DNA of 64,000 nucleotides from a virus: positions 1 through 64,000 of IMG/VR virus record IMGVR_UViG_3300047160_006395, one strand, 5' to 3'. This document shows positions 56,201 through 63,310 of this stretch, piece by piece (position 1 is the stretch's first letter; every line of letters starts with the position of its first letter). The notes below the pieces were generated by a model that worked only from the letters and a program-made list of their open reading frames with translations, was not told the origin of the DNA and ran no database searches. The translations under genes were made by a program, and so were the position numbers.

Positions 56201-58777
56201 TGTTGACGAAGGTGTCGTGGTACCCAGGTTATCGGTCGCGTTAGCGCCAAGCGGCATGGAATCGATGGCGACTGCACCCGTCGCAGTTTCATCGAGCTTC
56301 CAGTAGCTAAGCAGGCCACTGCTGTTGAAAGTATCGGTGCTGTGAACCCTGGTTACCGTGCCTTTTAGAGCGCTGTCGGCGGTGTGGGTCCTGGTGTACG
56401 TCGCTTTCAGCGTGGTACTGGTGGTATGGGTCCTGATGAACGTCGCTTTCAGCCAGGCATCAGTGTTGTGAGCCTTGGTGAACGTCGCGCGCTTCGAGGT
56501 GTCGGTAGTGTGGGTCCTGGTGAACGTCGCGCGCAGCCAGGCATCGGTGTTGTGAGTTACGGTGAAGGTCTTGCGTAGCGAGCTATCGGTATTGTGAGTC
56601 TTGGTGAACGTCGCTCGTCTCGACGTATCGGTAGTGTGGCTCTTGGTGAATGTCGCATATCTCAGCGTGTCGGTGGTGTGAGTTACGGAATTGACCGACC
56701 GCGCCGCGTCGAGGAACCACCCTGAATAAAAGGACTGACCACCAGTTCCCATGCCGATGTTGAACTGGACGTTACCGCTTATGTTCCAGACCATGTAAAC
56801 GCCGATATTGGCGTTGGTGTTCGTGTTCTGAACTGGGCCAATCGGGATGGGGCTGGCAGGAGCGTTGACGTCATAGGCTTGAATCGGTTGAGTCGGGACA
56901 GTCGCGACGTAGAACGAGATGGCATGAACAAGTCCATCAGTGATATTGATGGTGAAATTGTTGGCACCGAAGCCCGAGTACACTCCAAGCCCGGCATAAC
57001 CAGGCATGACAGGAATCTGAAGATAAGGCGGAAGCGGGCTGGTCGTGGGAGGATTGTAAGAACTGTTGGTGTTTCCACCGCTAAGCGCCACCGTAGCAAC
57101 CGTGGGCGCCACGTCTGGCTGCCCGCCCAGCCTCATGATCGAGTAGCCCTGGCCGCCATAAGCATTGACCCAGTTGCCGAGCCGCCAGGTATCGCGTTGC
57201 AAGAAGACCGCGGTCGATGCCTTCAGCAGGTAACTATCGGTGTTGTGGGTCTTGGTGACCGTCGTTACCGCCTTTGCCACCAGCGCATCGGTAGAATGCG
57301 ACCGAGTTGAAGTCGTAGTGGCAAACGGGTCGAGACCGTTGGCAAGGCTCGACATCTGGTCGTTGGTCAGCGCGACTCTATAGATCCGGACATCGTCGAT
57401 GTCACCCTGGAAGTAATTGGCAGGGTTGGAGCTGTAGTCCGTACCTATTTGCGTTGGGAGGTTCGGGCTGATGTTGCCTAGCGCGGTCGAGGTTACACTG
57501 CTCCGCTGCCCGTTGACGTAGAGGTAACGGTTGGTAGCGGTCACAACGGTAGAGACATGGGTCCAGACCCCGACCTGTATGGCGGCCCAAACCTCCGTCG
57601 CCGTCAGATCCTGGGTGCTCACAAGAGAGCCACTGGGCGCAGTCGAGTTCAAGAAGCCCTGACTGTTGGTCATCAGGCCCCAACCGTTGGCGATTGGAGC
57701 GACCTGGTGACTCACGAACGGCTGGTTGCCCTGCACGTTTTGCAGCCGGACCCAGGCCGCAATCGTGTAATTGTTGTTGAAGCCATGAGCCGGTATGGCG
57801 ACCGAAGTGTAGAGATAGGTGTAAGGGGTGGTGTTGTTGGGAAAGTGCCGGCTGGCCGTACTAGAAGGAAGTAATGGCGGGGTAGTCGGCGCAAGCGTAG
57901 CCGCAGTTGTTCTGCCCTGCGAATCAGCAGCGTTGGTACTGACTGGCGATGAATCAATCGCGACTGCGCCCAGCGCGGTCTCATTGAGCTGGTAATAACC
58001 AACAAGGGGCCCGACGAGAATAGAGCTGGTGCTGTGACTTACAGTCGATGTTTTCTTCAGATCAGAGTCAGTGCTGTGACTCTGGGTGCTCGTCCCCTTC
58101 AGACCGGAGTCGGTGTTGTGCTGTTTAGTCGTGGTATACGTGACCACGATCTGGAGCGCGAAGCCGACATTAGATGCTGACGCTGCAAATGTGTCTGTGC
58201 CGTTATAGGTTGTAAGGGTGGATTGGTTCGTGAGGTGGCCAGCTTGTGCCGTGGTGCCGCTGGTCGAGATAAAGGCGCCAGATATGGCGCCAGGGTTCGC
58301 CGGCACTCCCGAGTAAGAACTACTCGTGGTCGTTGTCGCAGTAGCCCATCCAAAACCAATTTCAAAGACAGTGCTGCCGGCTGGAGCCGCGCTGACCGTA
58401 AGACTTCCGCTACCGCACGCGGTGGCAGTTGCAGTAGCAGAGATAGACTGAATAACCGGGCCTATCCCGCCGCCAGTACCTTGGTACTCGATAACGATGA
58501 GTGCACACTTGATTCCACCCTGCGCAGTGAAGGTGCCTACCGCAGTCGTCGATGGCGCATTTGCATAGACATAAGCTGCACCACCAATAGCAGTGCCGTT
58601 GTTGGCTCGTCTCAGCAGGACCCAGTTGGCTGGCGCCGACGCCGTTACACTCGATCCGCCTGCAAAGAAGAAGTAGGCAACGAGGCAATTACCGGCCGTG
58701 GTAGCGGTAGAGAACGTGGCGCTCGCTGTGGTGCCCACACCGCTACCAGTAGTACTTTGTATGGCACCAACAGCCAC
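50279..58777 (-). CDS. Giant modular fibre/adhesin (2832 aa): four LamG/ConA-like domains, four GxWxGxYG domains, ~66 HxTD repeats
   Basis: LVSYWKLDE...FTVTAWV...GDLDDVRIY LamG signatures; GGAGG RBS before GTG. Confidence 0.88.
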   Translation of the reverse strand: MAVGAIQSTTGSGVGTTASATFSTATTAGNCLVAYFFFAGGSSVTASAPANWVLLRRANNGTAIGGAAYVYANAPSTTAVGTFTAQGGIKCALIVIEYQGTGGGIGPVIQSISATATATACGSGSLTVSAAPAGSTVFEIGFGWATATTTTSSSYSGVPANPGAISGAFISTSGTTAQAGHLTNQSTLTTYNGTDTFAASASNVGFALQIVVTYTTTKQHNTDSGLKGTSTQSHSTDSDLKKTSTVSHSTSSILVGPLVGYYQLNETALGAVAIDSSPVSTNAADSQGRTTAATLAPTTPPLLPSSTASRHFPNNTTPYTYLYTSVAIPAHGFNNNYTIAAWVRLQNVQGNQPFVSHQVAPIANGWGLMTNSQGFLNSTAPSGSLVSTQDLTATEVWAAIQVGVWTHVSTVVTATNRYLYVNGQRSSVTSTALGNISPNLPTQIGTDYSSNPANYFQGDIDDVRIYRVALTNDQMSSLANGLDPFATTTSTRSHSTDALVAKAVTTVTKTHNTDSYLLKASTAVFLQRDTWRLGNWVNAYGGQGYSIMRLGGQPDVAPTVATVALSGGNTNSSYNPPTTSPLPPYLQIPVMPGYAGLGVYSGFGANNFTINITDGLVHAISFYVATVPTQPIQAYDVNAPASPIPIGPVQNTNTNANIGVYMVWNISGNVQFNIGMGTGGQSFYSGWFLDAARSVNSVTHTTDTLRYATFTKSHTTDTSRRATFTKTHNTDSSLRKTFTVTHNTDAWLRATFTRTHTTDTSKRATFTKAHNTDAWLKATFIRTHTTSTTLKATYTRTHTADSALKGTVTRVHSTDTFNSSGLLSYWKLDETATGAVAIDSMPLGANATDNLGTTTPSSTAPISAPTWPYLNNPRGRNFSGASGNFLTTANPLPAHGLTSNFSITAWVRFSSSSKGRPIISHQISTNNRGWGLLTDGSNLLNFYACSGSASNPLVGNDLGALPANTWVHLAGVVTATTRYVYVNGKRSIYSSPFLPAASTDLPTRINSLYTDATAAGMIGDMDEIRFYNVPLSFDQISTLANGGDPGLVNVVTQTHSTDTLTSTFITLTKTHSTDTGLIATFTKAHSTDVLKNATFIKTHSTDTLRNATLTRTHNTDSYLFFPASATYLQRDASCNGKGWPYAYGSQGYSILSLSGTPDVLPLHCTVTLAGGGLVNPWSGHGPVNTPADPRYLLIPPSPYVQAGLSLYYGPGNLTVTVNLDDGKIHAVSLYAACFSSPQNVSVYDVTSPGSPVLICPSQNSGDINTTGVYMVWNVSGRVQFQIALTGPDSVLNGWFIDPVRSVNTKAHSTDSDLRATFSKTHGTDANLRATFSKTHNTDSLLRATFVRIHSTDANLRATYIRTHTTDANLLATFTKTHTTDTSKRATFTRTHNTDANLRATYSKTHSADSWLRLTVSKTHGTDSDLLKTSAKTHNTDASLVKTFTKTHNTDSDLRETFTRTHSTDSYLFQTASATFVQQDTWRNGSWVGPYGTQGYSLLGLGGQADVLPPKCSVTLANGSLNSSWIPPTTTPNPLYLPIPSMPGYAGLAGYWQNNPVSITFDLDDGRSHSIAVYAAMPNAGNNLQATFTVYNVTDPNNPILIDPGEYSPLPQYTSVYMVWNASGRIKVVMTGVPTNTNFVIFSAWFIDPPKSVGGKTHNTDTLQRATFTRAHGTDSWLRETYTRTHSTDANLLATFTKTHTTDTSKRATFTRIHNTDSWLRATFTRNHSTDGLLRKTYTKAHTTDTLLPLIVAKTHTTSSDLKGTQTRAHTADSYVLSVNTVIITHTTSSDLKGPVTRVHSTDSNLLKTFTRTHNTDSNLLKTFTKVHNTDSDLKGAITRAHGTDSLLRKTFTVGHGTDSDLVKSVTKTHNTDSNLRATFTRVHSTSSDLKGAVTRVHSTDSNLVKSITRTHNTDSDLVKSVTKAHATDSDLKGAMTRAHGTDSDLKGAMTRAHSTDSNLVKSVTKAHSTDSNLLKTFIRIHTTDSSLRQTITQTHTTDTSFPSLVTRIQVHSTDTFLLGRLVSYWKLDETGSFGPVAIDSQPLGANATDHTGSTYASTLVPLTAPTHFANTASRFFPPMSIPGPPGDYLDAGPQPAHDFISNFTVTAWVRLHIRQSNQPIITRQPAPLNGGWGLMTNNQGFLVSTAPTTMDTQTLTPTESWMTVPTGYWTFVGMVTTATTRSLYVGMGGSKVTSNLLGISNPSAPTQLGVDYSGNPGYYFQGDLDDVRIYASALTVDEMQSLAGGFDPFAVITTTKTHTTDSLLVWSTRIHRTDILLQSPLVSYWNLDEVGSGQLAIDWGWAAANAADVNGGTTNSATVAPLHFYNPHARNFPLGGTPVMTGAEPRGLSGNTYLATSTPAAPHGFATNFTVTMWIQTMGSNANQPLIGHQVSSYDRGWGMATNNSGVLTSTACNSGSNQLFTPTQPWMVVPGGVWTFVAMVTTASTRTIYVNTGGATMSGGLAKASPDLPTFLGASYSSGTLRGPAPVGSQYYYGNMDDARIYNVALTNDQIQTLAGGFNLPMLTTTKKHTTDMVTFGLVGGIMTRIQEHFTDVMVRKTSTKTHGTDSLLFKPGLPITYTRTHNTDASLRKTQTRTHITDSYLRSASTAVFLQRDSWRLGNWVGAYGGQGYSIMQLGGQPDVLPSSLIATVTLSGGNVTSTYVPPQTNPLPMYLQIPIMPGYGGLGMYVGFGATDITIVINDNLVHAVSIYVADVPTELITVYDITNPGNPILIDPGQNTNTNANVGAYMVWNVSGHVQFNIGMGTGGAAYYSAWFLDPARSIGTRTHTTDTLLPPWTRTRTHTTDSSFLSKVVMTRSRSQRVGTRTLGYGD

Positions 58778-58805
58778 AGCGCCCCTCCATGGGCTGGAGG
58801 GCCGG

Positions 58806-59642
58806 TCACGTCACAGGCACCGGCGCACCGACCTCCCGTTCATGTCCAGGCACCAGCGAGCCGACTTCACGATCATCGCCGGGACCGCGCACGATATCGT
58901 AGAACCACGGATGCTTCGGCTGGAAAGCGCCGGCCATGACGATTGATTCATCGCCCATGGTGTAAGCGATGTGCTGGATGTTGCTATCCTCACCGTCTTG
59001 AGTCTGAGCCGTGAGCTGCCAGCCCAATAGGTTGACAACCGATATTTCACCCTGTAGCAATCCGCCGGCAGCCATGGCGCAGCGGCGGCGAAAGATCACC
59101 CGCTGACCACGATCGAAGTACTGCTCGAACCAGGGCATGCCGCGGTTGCCGTAAAAGACCACGGACATCAGCCGGCTGAAGTCGAGGTGCCTGAAACCGA
59201 TCTCGTGGCGGGTAACCGGCTCGACCATGGGATCGGTCTTGCCGTCTTCGTAGTAGGCAACCCAGCTCAGATCCGGGAAACGATCATCGACTGGCCGGAC
59301 CGTGGCAAACCAGGGCAAGGCTTCATCGTATCGGCCGGCCATGACGATCCGGCCATCTTCCGAAACATAAGCGATGTGCTGAACGCAGAGTTCACGGCCG
59401 GTGTGCTGAAGCGTCTCTTGCCAGCCCAGCATGTGGCAAGGAACGTCAGAGAGCGGCGTATGCGGCAAGACGTGATAGATCGCACGCTGCTGCGGCTCGA
59501 AGAGCTGCTCGAGGAATGGACGGCCTTCGTGATCCTTGAGCTGAATGCTCGCGAGCACCGAAGTGTCGAGGTGAAGTCTCTCGTTGCGGCGCTGCTGCGC
59601 AAAACCGCCATCTCGATAGATGGCAGTCCAGGTATAGGACAT
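58806..59642 (-). CDS. Hypothetical protein with internal tandem duplication
   Basis: W.A.Y.DG...EQ.F...QR.I...LGWQ...QHIAY...IVMAG...PWF occurs twice. Confidence 0.75.
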   Translation of the reverse strand: MSYTWTAIYRDGGFAQQRRNERLHLDTSVLASIQLKDHEGRPFLEQLFEPQQRAIYHVLPHTPLSDVPCHMLGWQETLQHTGRELCVQHIAYVSEDGRIVMAGRYDEALPWFATVRPVDDRFPDLSWVAYYEDGKTDPMVEPVTRHEIGFRHLDFSRLMSVVFYGNRGMPWFEQYFDRGQRVIFRRRCAMAAGGLLQGEISVVNLLGWQLTAQTQDGEDSNIQHIAYTMGDESIVMAGAFQPKHPWFYDIVRGPGDDREVGSLVPGHEREVGAPVPVT

Positions 59643-59718
59643 TGTATTGCCCCTCCCAGATCGGACCTTGATGGCCGCAGCGATTGTATTCGGTGACGGC
59701 CGGTCCTATGTGTAATGG

Positions 59719-60312
59719 TTAGTCTTCGTCTCCAAGTTCGAGCGTATCGACATCTTCACGCCCGATCGTCATCTGCTCGCGACCGCTTCCGTTCCCCCCA
59801 GGGGTCAACGGTGGGGCTTCCGTCGGGCCAACGGTCAGCTCATCCACTTCTTCCCACTGCGGCATCGAAGCCACTACCTCGGCCTTGCGCGCCTCGAAGA
59901 GCTGCTTGGCTTTGTCGTCGAGGGCCTGTTCGGCTCCGACGTAGAGGCAATGCCCCAGCTTGCCGTGCCCGTCGCAACTGTGGTTGACACCCCAGTTGTT
60001 GCCGCTTTCGTCGACGCCGCCGACTGGCTCCTCGAATTCGACACCGATTCGCTTGCCGGGTTCGTTGGAAAGCCGGATGATCTTCCCCTTGCGCGGGGCA
60101 TCCAGATGCTCGTGGCCCACGATCCAGTAAACCTCGCCCTTGCGGAGCTTTCGCTGGTGTTCGAGGGGCGGAGCTTGCTCGTGCGGGGCAAGCATCCGGA
60201 TTGGTCTGGCCGGGGCGGCTGGACTTGGAGTCTGGGCCCGCGGTGGTTGCGCTGCCGGCTGCCGCGCGGGCGGCATGGGCCGTTGAGGCCGCTGGTGGCG
60301 TGGATCGGGCAT
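59719..60312 (-). CDS. SH3-like barrel protein (IGVEF...HSCDG motif) with disordered termini
   Basis: AAAGGAG RBS; Pro/Gln N-terminus, acidic C-terminus. Confidence 0.6.
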   Translation of the reverse strand: MPDPRHQRPQRPMPPARQPAAQPPRAQTPSPAAPARPIRMLAPHEQAPPLEHQRKLRKGEVYWIVGHEHLDAPRKGKIIRLSNEPGKRIGVEFEEPVGGVDESGNNWGVNHSCDGHGKLGHCLYVGAEQALDDKAKQLFEARKAEVVASMPQWEEVDELTVGPTEAPPLTPGGNGSGREQMTIGREDVDTLELGDED

Positions 60313-60351
60313 GATAAAGGCTCCTTTGAAGCAGGCTAATCCAGCAGCCGG

Positions 60352-60945
60352 TTAATTTTCATCGTACTTCCAGACCCACGTCGTCTGCGTGGTTCCACCG
60401 GGCAAGGCCGAATACGGCACGGTGACCTGGTACACCACCATGTTGCCGAAGTCGTAGGGCGCGGTAAAGGCCATGACGGCTGAGCCGCCCACAGTCAAAG
60501 GACTGGGCGATGGGCCTACGCCATAGGTCCACGCGTCGAGCGGCGTCGCCGGCGTGAGCCCGGCATAATTGGCCGCGAGAAGTTGGGTACCAAGACCGGT
60601 CGAGCCTGTCGCCTGGACATAACCGGTGTTCGAGTTGTTGGTCATCGTGACTTGGCCGATCAACGCAGAGACGCCATTGCCCATGTTGTTGGAAGTCGAT
60701 GATGGATACCAGCGCAGGTTGGCGATCTGAGTGGTCGGTAGGTTGCCGCCAGCCTGGATCGTAAGCCGGGTATTCACCCACCAGCTGTAACCAGTGCCGG
60801 AAGCCGGAATCTGAACCGGGCTGGTCGTATCGGCTGTCGTATGTTGGTCCAGTGCATTCGCCCGGGTGTTGATCGTGGTGATGATGCTCTTGGTTATGGA
60901 ACCGGAGGCACCCCACCAACGTGCAATATCAACGCTAGCTGCCAT
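60352..60945 (-). CDS. Putative virion decoration/structural protein (197 aa)
   Basis: Thr/Gly/Ser-rich beta protein ending WKYDEN; GGGAG RBS. Confidence 0.55.
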   Translation of the reverse strand: MAASVDIARWWGASGSITKSIITTINTRANALDQHTTADTTSPVQIPASGTGYSWWVNTRLTIQAGGNLPTTQIANLRWYPSSTSNNMGNGVSALIGQVTMTNNSNTGYVQATGSTGLGTQLLAANYAGLTPATPLDAWTYGVGPSPSPLTVGGSAVMAFTAPYDFGNMVVYQVTVPYSALPGGTTQTTWVWKYDEN

Positions 60946-60997
60946 GGTGAACTCCCTTTCGTCGGACGACCGTCCGTGTGGACAAGACCAGCCGCTG

Positions 60998-61026
60998 ATT
61001 CTACGCCAGGACTATATCAGCTGCAA
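60998..61026 (-). promoter_or_regulatory. sigma70-like promoter TTGCAG-N17-TAGAAT
   Basis: Canonical spacing, upstream of 60352..60945. Confidence 0.5.
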
Positions 61027-62280
61027 GCCTGGATGGCGTTGACCTTTCAAGGCGACAAGATCGGCATACACGTACTTTAACTCATTCCGCTTGTGCCAGT
61101 CACTCGGGTAGCACTCCCAAACCCGCGCCGCCTCGAAACGGCAACTGATCTCTGGCACATACGCTGCGTAACGCCGATCAGTATAGTACCGGAACGAGAG
61201 ATCATTCCAGAAGGAAGCGTGGGTTGGGTCACAGAAGGCCCCCTTGCCGCCCGTGGACGGCGTGCGGCTAATGATCCAGCCGCCAGGTGCCAAACAGCGC
61301 CACAGCTCGTTCATGACGAAAACAACCCGCTCCCTGGGAATATGCTCCAGGAAGTCGGCCGCCCGAAAGATACCGACCGAGTCAGACTCGAATGGCAGCC
61401 CTCGAGCTACGTCGCAGATAACGTCGGCATCTAAAAGATCGACCGACTTATAACCTTCGGGGCAGCCGATCCGGCCACCCAGATCGTACATCGCCAGTTT
61501 GGCTCGCCGGCACCACTCATGGGCCAGCTTCCAGGTATACCTGTTCTGGTTCCGGTGATGAATCTTTTCCAGCGTACCATCACCATGAAAGCTGCGGAAG
61601 CTGTTCTGCGCCTCTGGGTTATCGGCACGATCCCGGTACAGGTAAAGTGCCTTGGAAATGTAATGGAACGGCACCTGGGCCAGATACATCCGGCAGATCA
61701 GATCGTGGTCGTCACAAACAGGCAGTTCAGGGTCATGACCGCCGACGAGCGCGTAAGCCGCCTTGGTCCAGGCCCTGACATGGTTCGGAGACCAGTAGAT
61801 CTGCCGCAGACTGGAAGCAGTCGGCTCGAACGCGCGTGTCGCCATGTACGATCGACCAGCATGCTCGAACGGGTATTCTTCCCATCCCTGCGCTGCGCCG
61901 AAAACATGGCTGCGATGATCGGGCCAGAACTGGACGAAGTCCGAATAAACGAACGCCGGCTGGAATGGGTCGGCTATGGCAGCGGCGATCTCAGCAAGAC
62001 AATTGGGTGTCAGGATATCGTCGTGATCCAGCTCAACGATCACGGACCCGGAAGCAAGGTTGCAGAGCTGCCGTTTCAGCCCGCCCACATTTCCAGTCGT
62101 AGTCCAGTCTTCGGGCAGTACACGAACGCGATGCGACGTGGCAATAGCCGTAGGAATCGTGGCGCCACCGTTGGGCAGAAGCAACCAGTCCCAATCATCA
62201 TGAGTCTGGGCTTGCAGACTCGCCCACGCATCACCCAACCAGGTCACATCGTGCGTGGGCGTGATAACGGATATGTGCAT
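61012..62280 (-). CDS. GT2 glycosyltransferase fused to class I SAM-methyltransferase-like domain
   Basis: ISVITPTH, ELDHDD, DDHDL (GT2); DLGG, LPFESDSV, DFLEH, ELWRCLAPGG, DPTH (MTase). Confidence 0.9.
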   Translation of the reverse strand: MHISVITPTHDVTWLGDAWASLQAQTHDDWDWLLLPNGGATIPTAIATSHRVRVLPEDWTTTGNVGGLKRQLCNLASGSVIVELDHDDILTPNCLAEIAAAIADPFQPAFVYSDFVQFWPDHRSHVFGAAQGWEEYPFEHAGRSYMATRAFEPTASSLRQIYWSPNHVRAWTKAAYALVGGHDPELPVCDDHDLICRMYLAQVPFHYISKALYLYRDRADNPEAQNSFRSFHGDGTLEKIHHRNQNRYTWKLAHEWCRRAKLAMYDLGGRIGCPEGYKSVDLLDADVICDVARGLPFESDSVGIFRAADFLEHIPRERVVFVMNELWRCLAPGGWIISRTPSTGGKGAFCDPTHASFWNDLSFRYYTDRRYAAYVPEISCRFEAARVWECYPSDWHKRNELKYVYADLVALKGQRHPGLQLI

Positions 62281-62297
62281 CCAGCGCTCCGCGGGCG

Positions 62298-62735
62298 TTA
62301 CCGCCGAGCAGTTACTCTTTCAGCCTCTTCCTGGTCGGGCAGTTCAGGCGGAGTAGTACCTGGCTCGAAGTAGACCGGATCGACCATGCCGATCCCAGTG
62401 CCCTTAACGCCGACCATCTGGATCTTGGCGCTGCCGTCATACACGAACTGACCAGGTGTGTAGAGGATGGTCAGGAGACCGGAGGATACGGCCCGCTCCA
62501 TCGCCTTGAACTGGCGGTTGCTGGTCTTGACAGCAAGCCGGTCGATGATATTGCCGGCCACCGTCAGCTGCTCTCCAGCGGCCAGCCGCTTGCCGTGCGG
62601 CGGAATAAAGCTGAAGACCGTTTCCATCCCGCTGCTGTTGATAACGGTCGAATAGAGACTGTACTGCGTCGGCGCCGGATTGAGCGGAAACGTGAGGTTC
62701 GGCGGGCTGGAAGGCAGACCCGTACCAGCAGGCAT
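62298..62735 (-). CDS. Hypothetical head-region protein (145 aa)
   Basis: AAGGAG RBS; position upstream of neck and fibre genes. Confidence 0.65.
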   Translation of the reverse strand: MPAGTGLPSSPPNLTFPLNPAPTQYSLYSTVINSSGMETVFSFIPPHGKRLAAGEQLTVAGNIIDRLAVKTSNRQFKAMERAVSSGLLTILYTPGQFVYDGSAKIQMVGVKGTGIGMVDPVYFEPGTTPPELPDQEEAERVTARR

Positions 62736-62766
62736 GGTAATAACTCCTTATCCTTGGAACTCGAAC

Positions 62767-63171
62767 TCAGCCTTGTTGCTGAGTCAGGTGTAACTGGTAT
62801 GCCAGGGCGGCTGCCCGGACGTAGGGGTTCCTGGTCAGCTCGGCCGCGGCCTGCTTGACCAGACGATCGTTAGCCGGAGCATTGACAGCCCGGGCGCTGG
62901 CCTGTTTGCCCAGAAGAACCTGAAGGCTCTGATGAGCCCCATTCAAGAAGCTGCCTTGAGCACTGGCCTGCTTCTGTTGTTCTTGCTGACCGGCCGCGAA
63001 CAAGTCAGCACCCATTTCCAGAAGCTGGACAGCCTCGGCATCGTTGGCCGGAACGATGCCGTAGTCCTGGGCGAGCTTGTTGAAGAACACCGGGGCATGG
63101 ATCTGGCTGTACAAGAAGTCGTACGCCACATCCGGTGCCGGTACTTGAACTTGATCTTGGTTCTCGGGCAT
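62767..63171 (-). CDS. Hypothetical head-region protein (134 aa, KQAS/KQAA motifs)
   Basis: GGAGG RBS; repeated K-Q-A motifs. Confidence 0.7.
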   Translation of the reverse strand: MPENQDQVQVPAPDVAYDFLYSQIHAPVFFNKLAQDYGIVPANDAEAVQLLEMGADLFAAGQQEQQKQASAQGSFLNGAHQSLQVLLGKQASARAVNAPANDRLVKQAAAELTRNPYVRAAALAYQLHLTQQQG

Positions 63172-63212
63172 GGCGCCCTCCGTGGCTCACGAGGAAGTTC
63201 ATGACTAGCGCT

Positions 63213-63241
63213 AGCTTAGCGAATGGCGAAAGCAAGGGCAA
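63213..63241 (-). promoter_or_regulatory. sigma70-like promoter TTGCCC-N17-TAAGCT
   Basis: Directly downstream of the terminator at 63251, where transcription would need to restart. Confidence 0.45.
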
Positions 63242-63250
63242 GCCACACAA

Positions 63251-63285
63251 TAGCTAAAAGAAAGAGCCGGATGTAGGCAGCTCTT
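63251..63285 (-). terminator. Intrinsic terminator ending TCTTTTAGCTA
   Basis: Stem AAGAGCTG/CGGCTCTT then a U-rich tail, after the HNH gene. Confidence 0.7.
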
Positions 63286-63291
63286 CATGCT

Positions 63292-63310
63292 GATACGCAG
63301 CGTAACGGGG
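63292..63310. repeat. Palindrome copy GATACGCAGCGTAACGGGG
   Basis: Immediately after the HNH stop codon; only the central base differs from the other copies. Confidence 0.6.

Noticed and set aside
50450-57240. Similar duplicated domains suggesting a DGR template/variable repeat pair
   Set aside because: Both copies lie within the same ORF, differences are not visibly adenine-restricted, and no reverse transcriptase is in the window.
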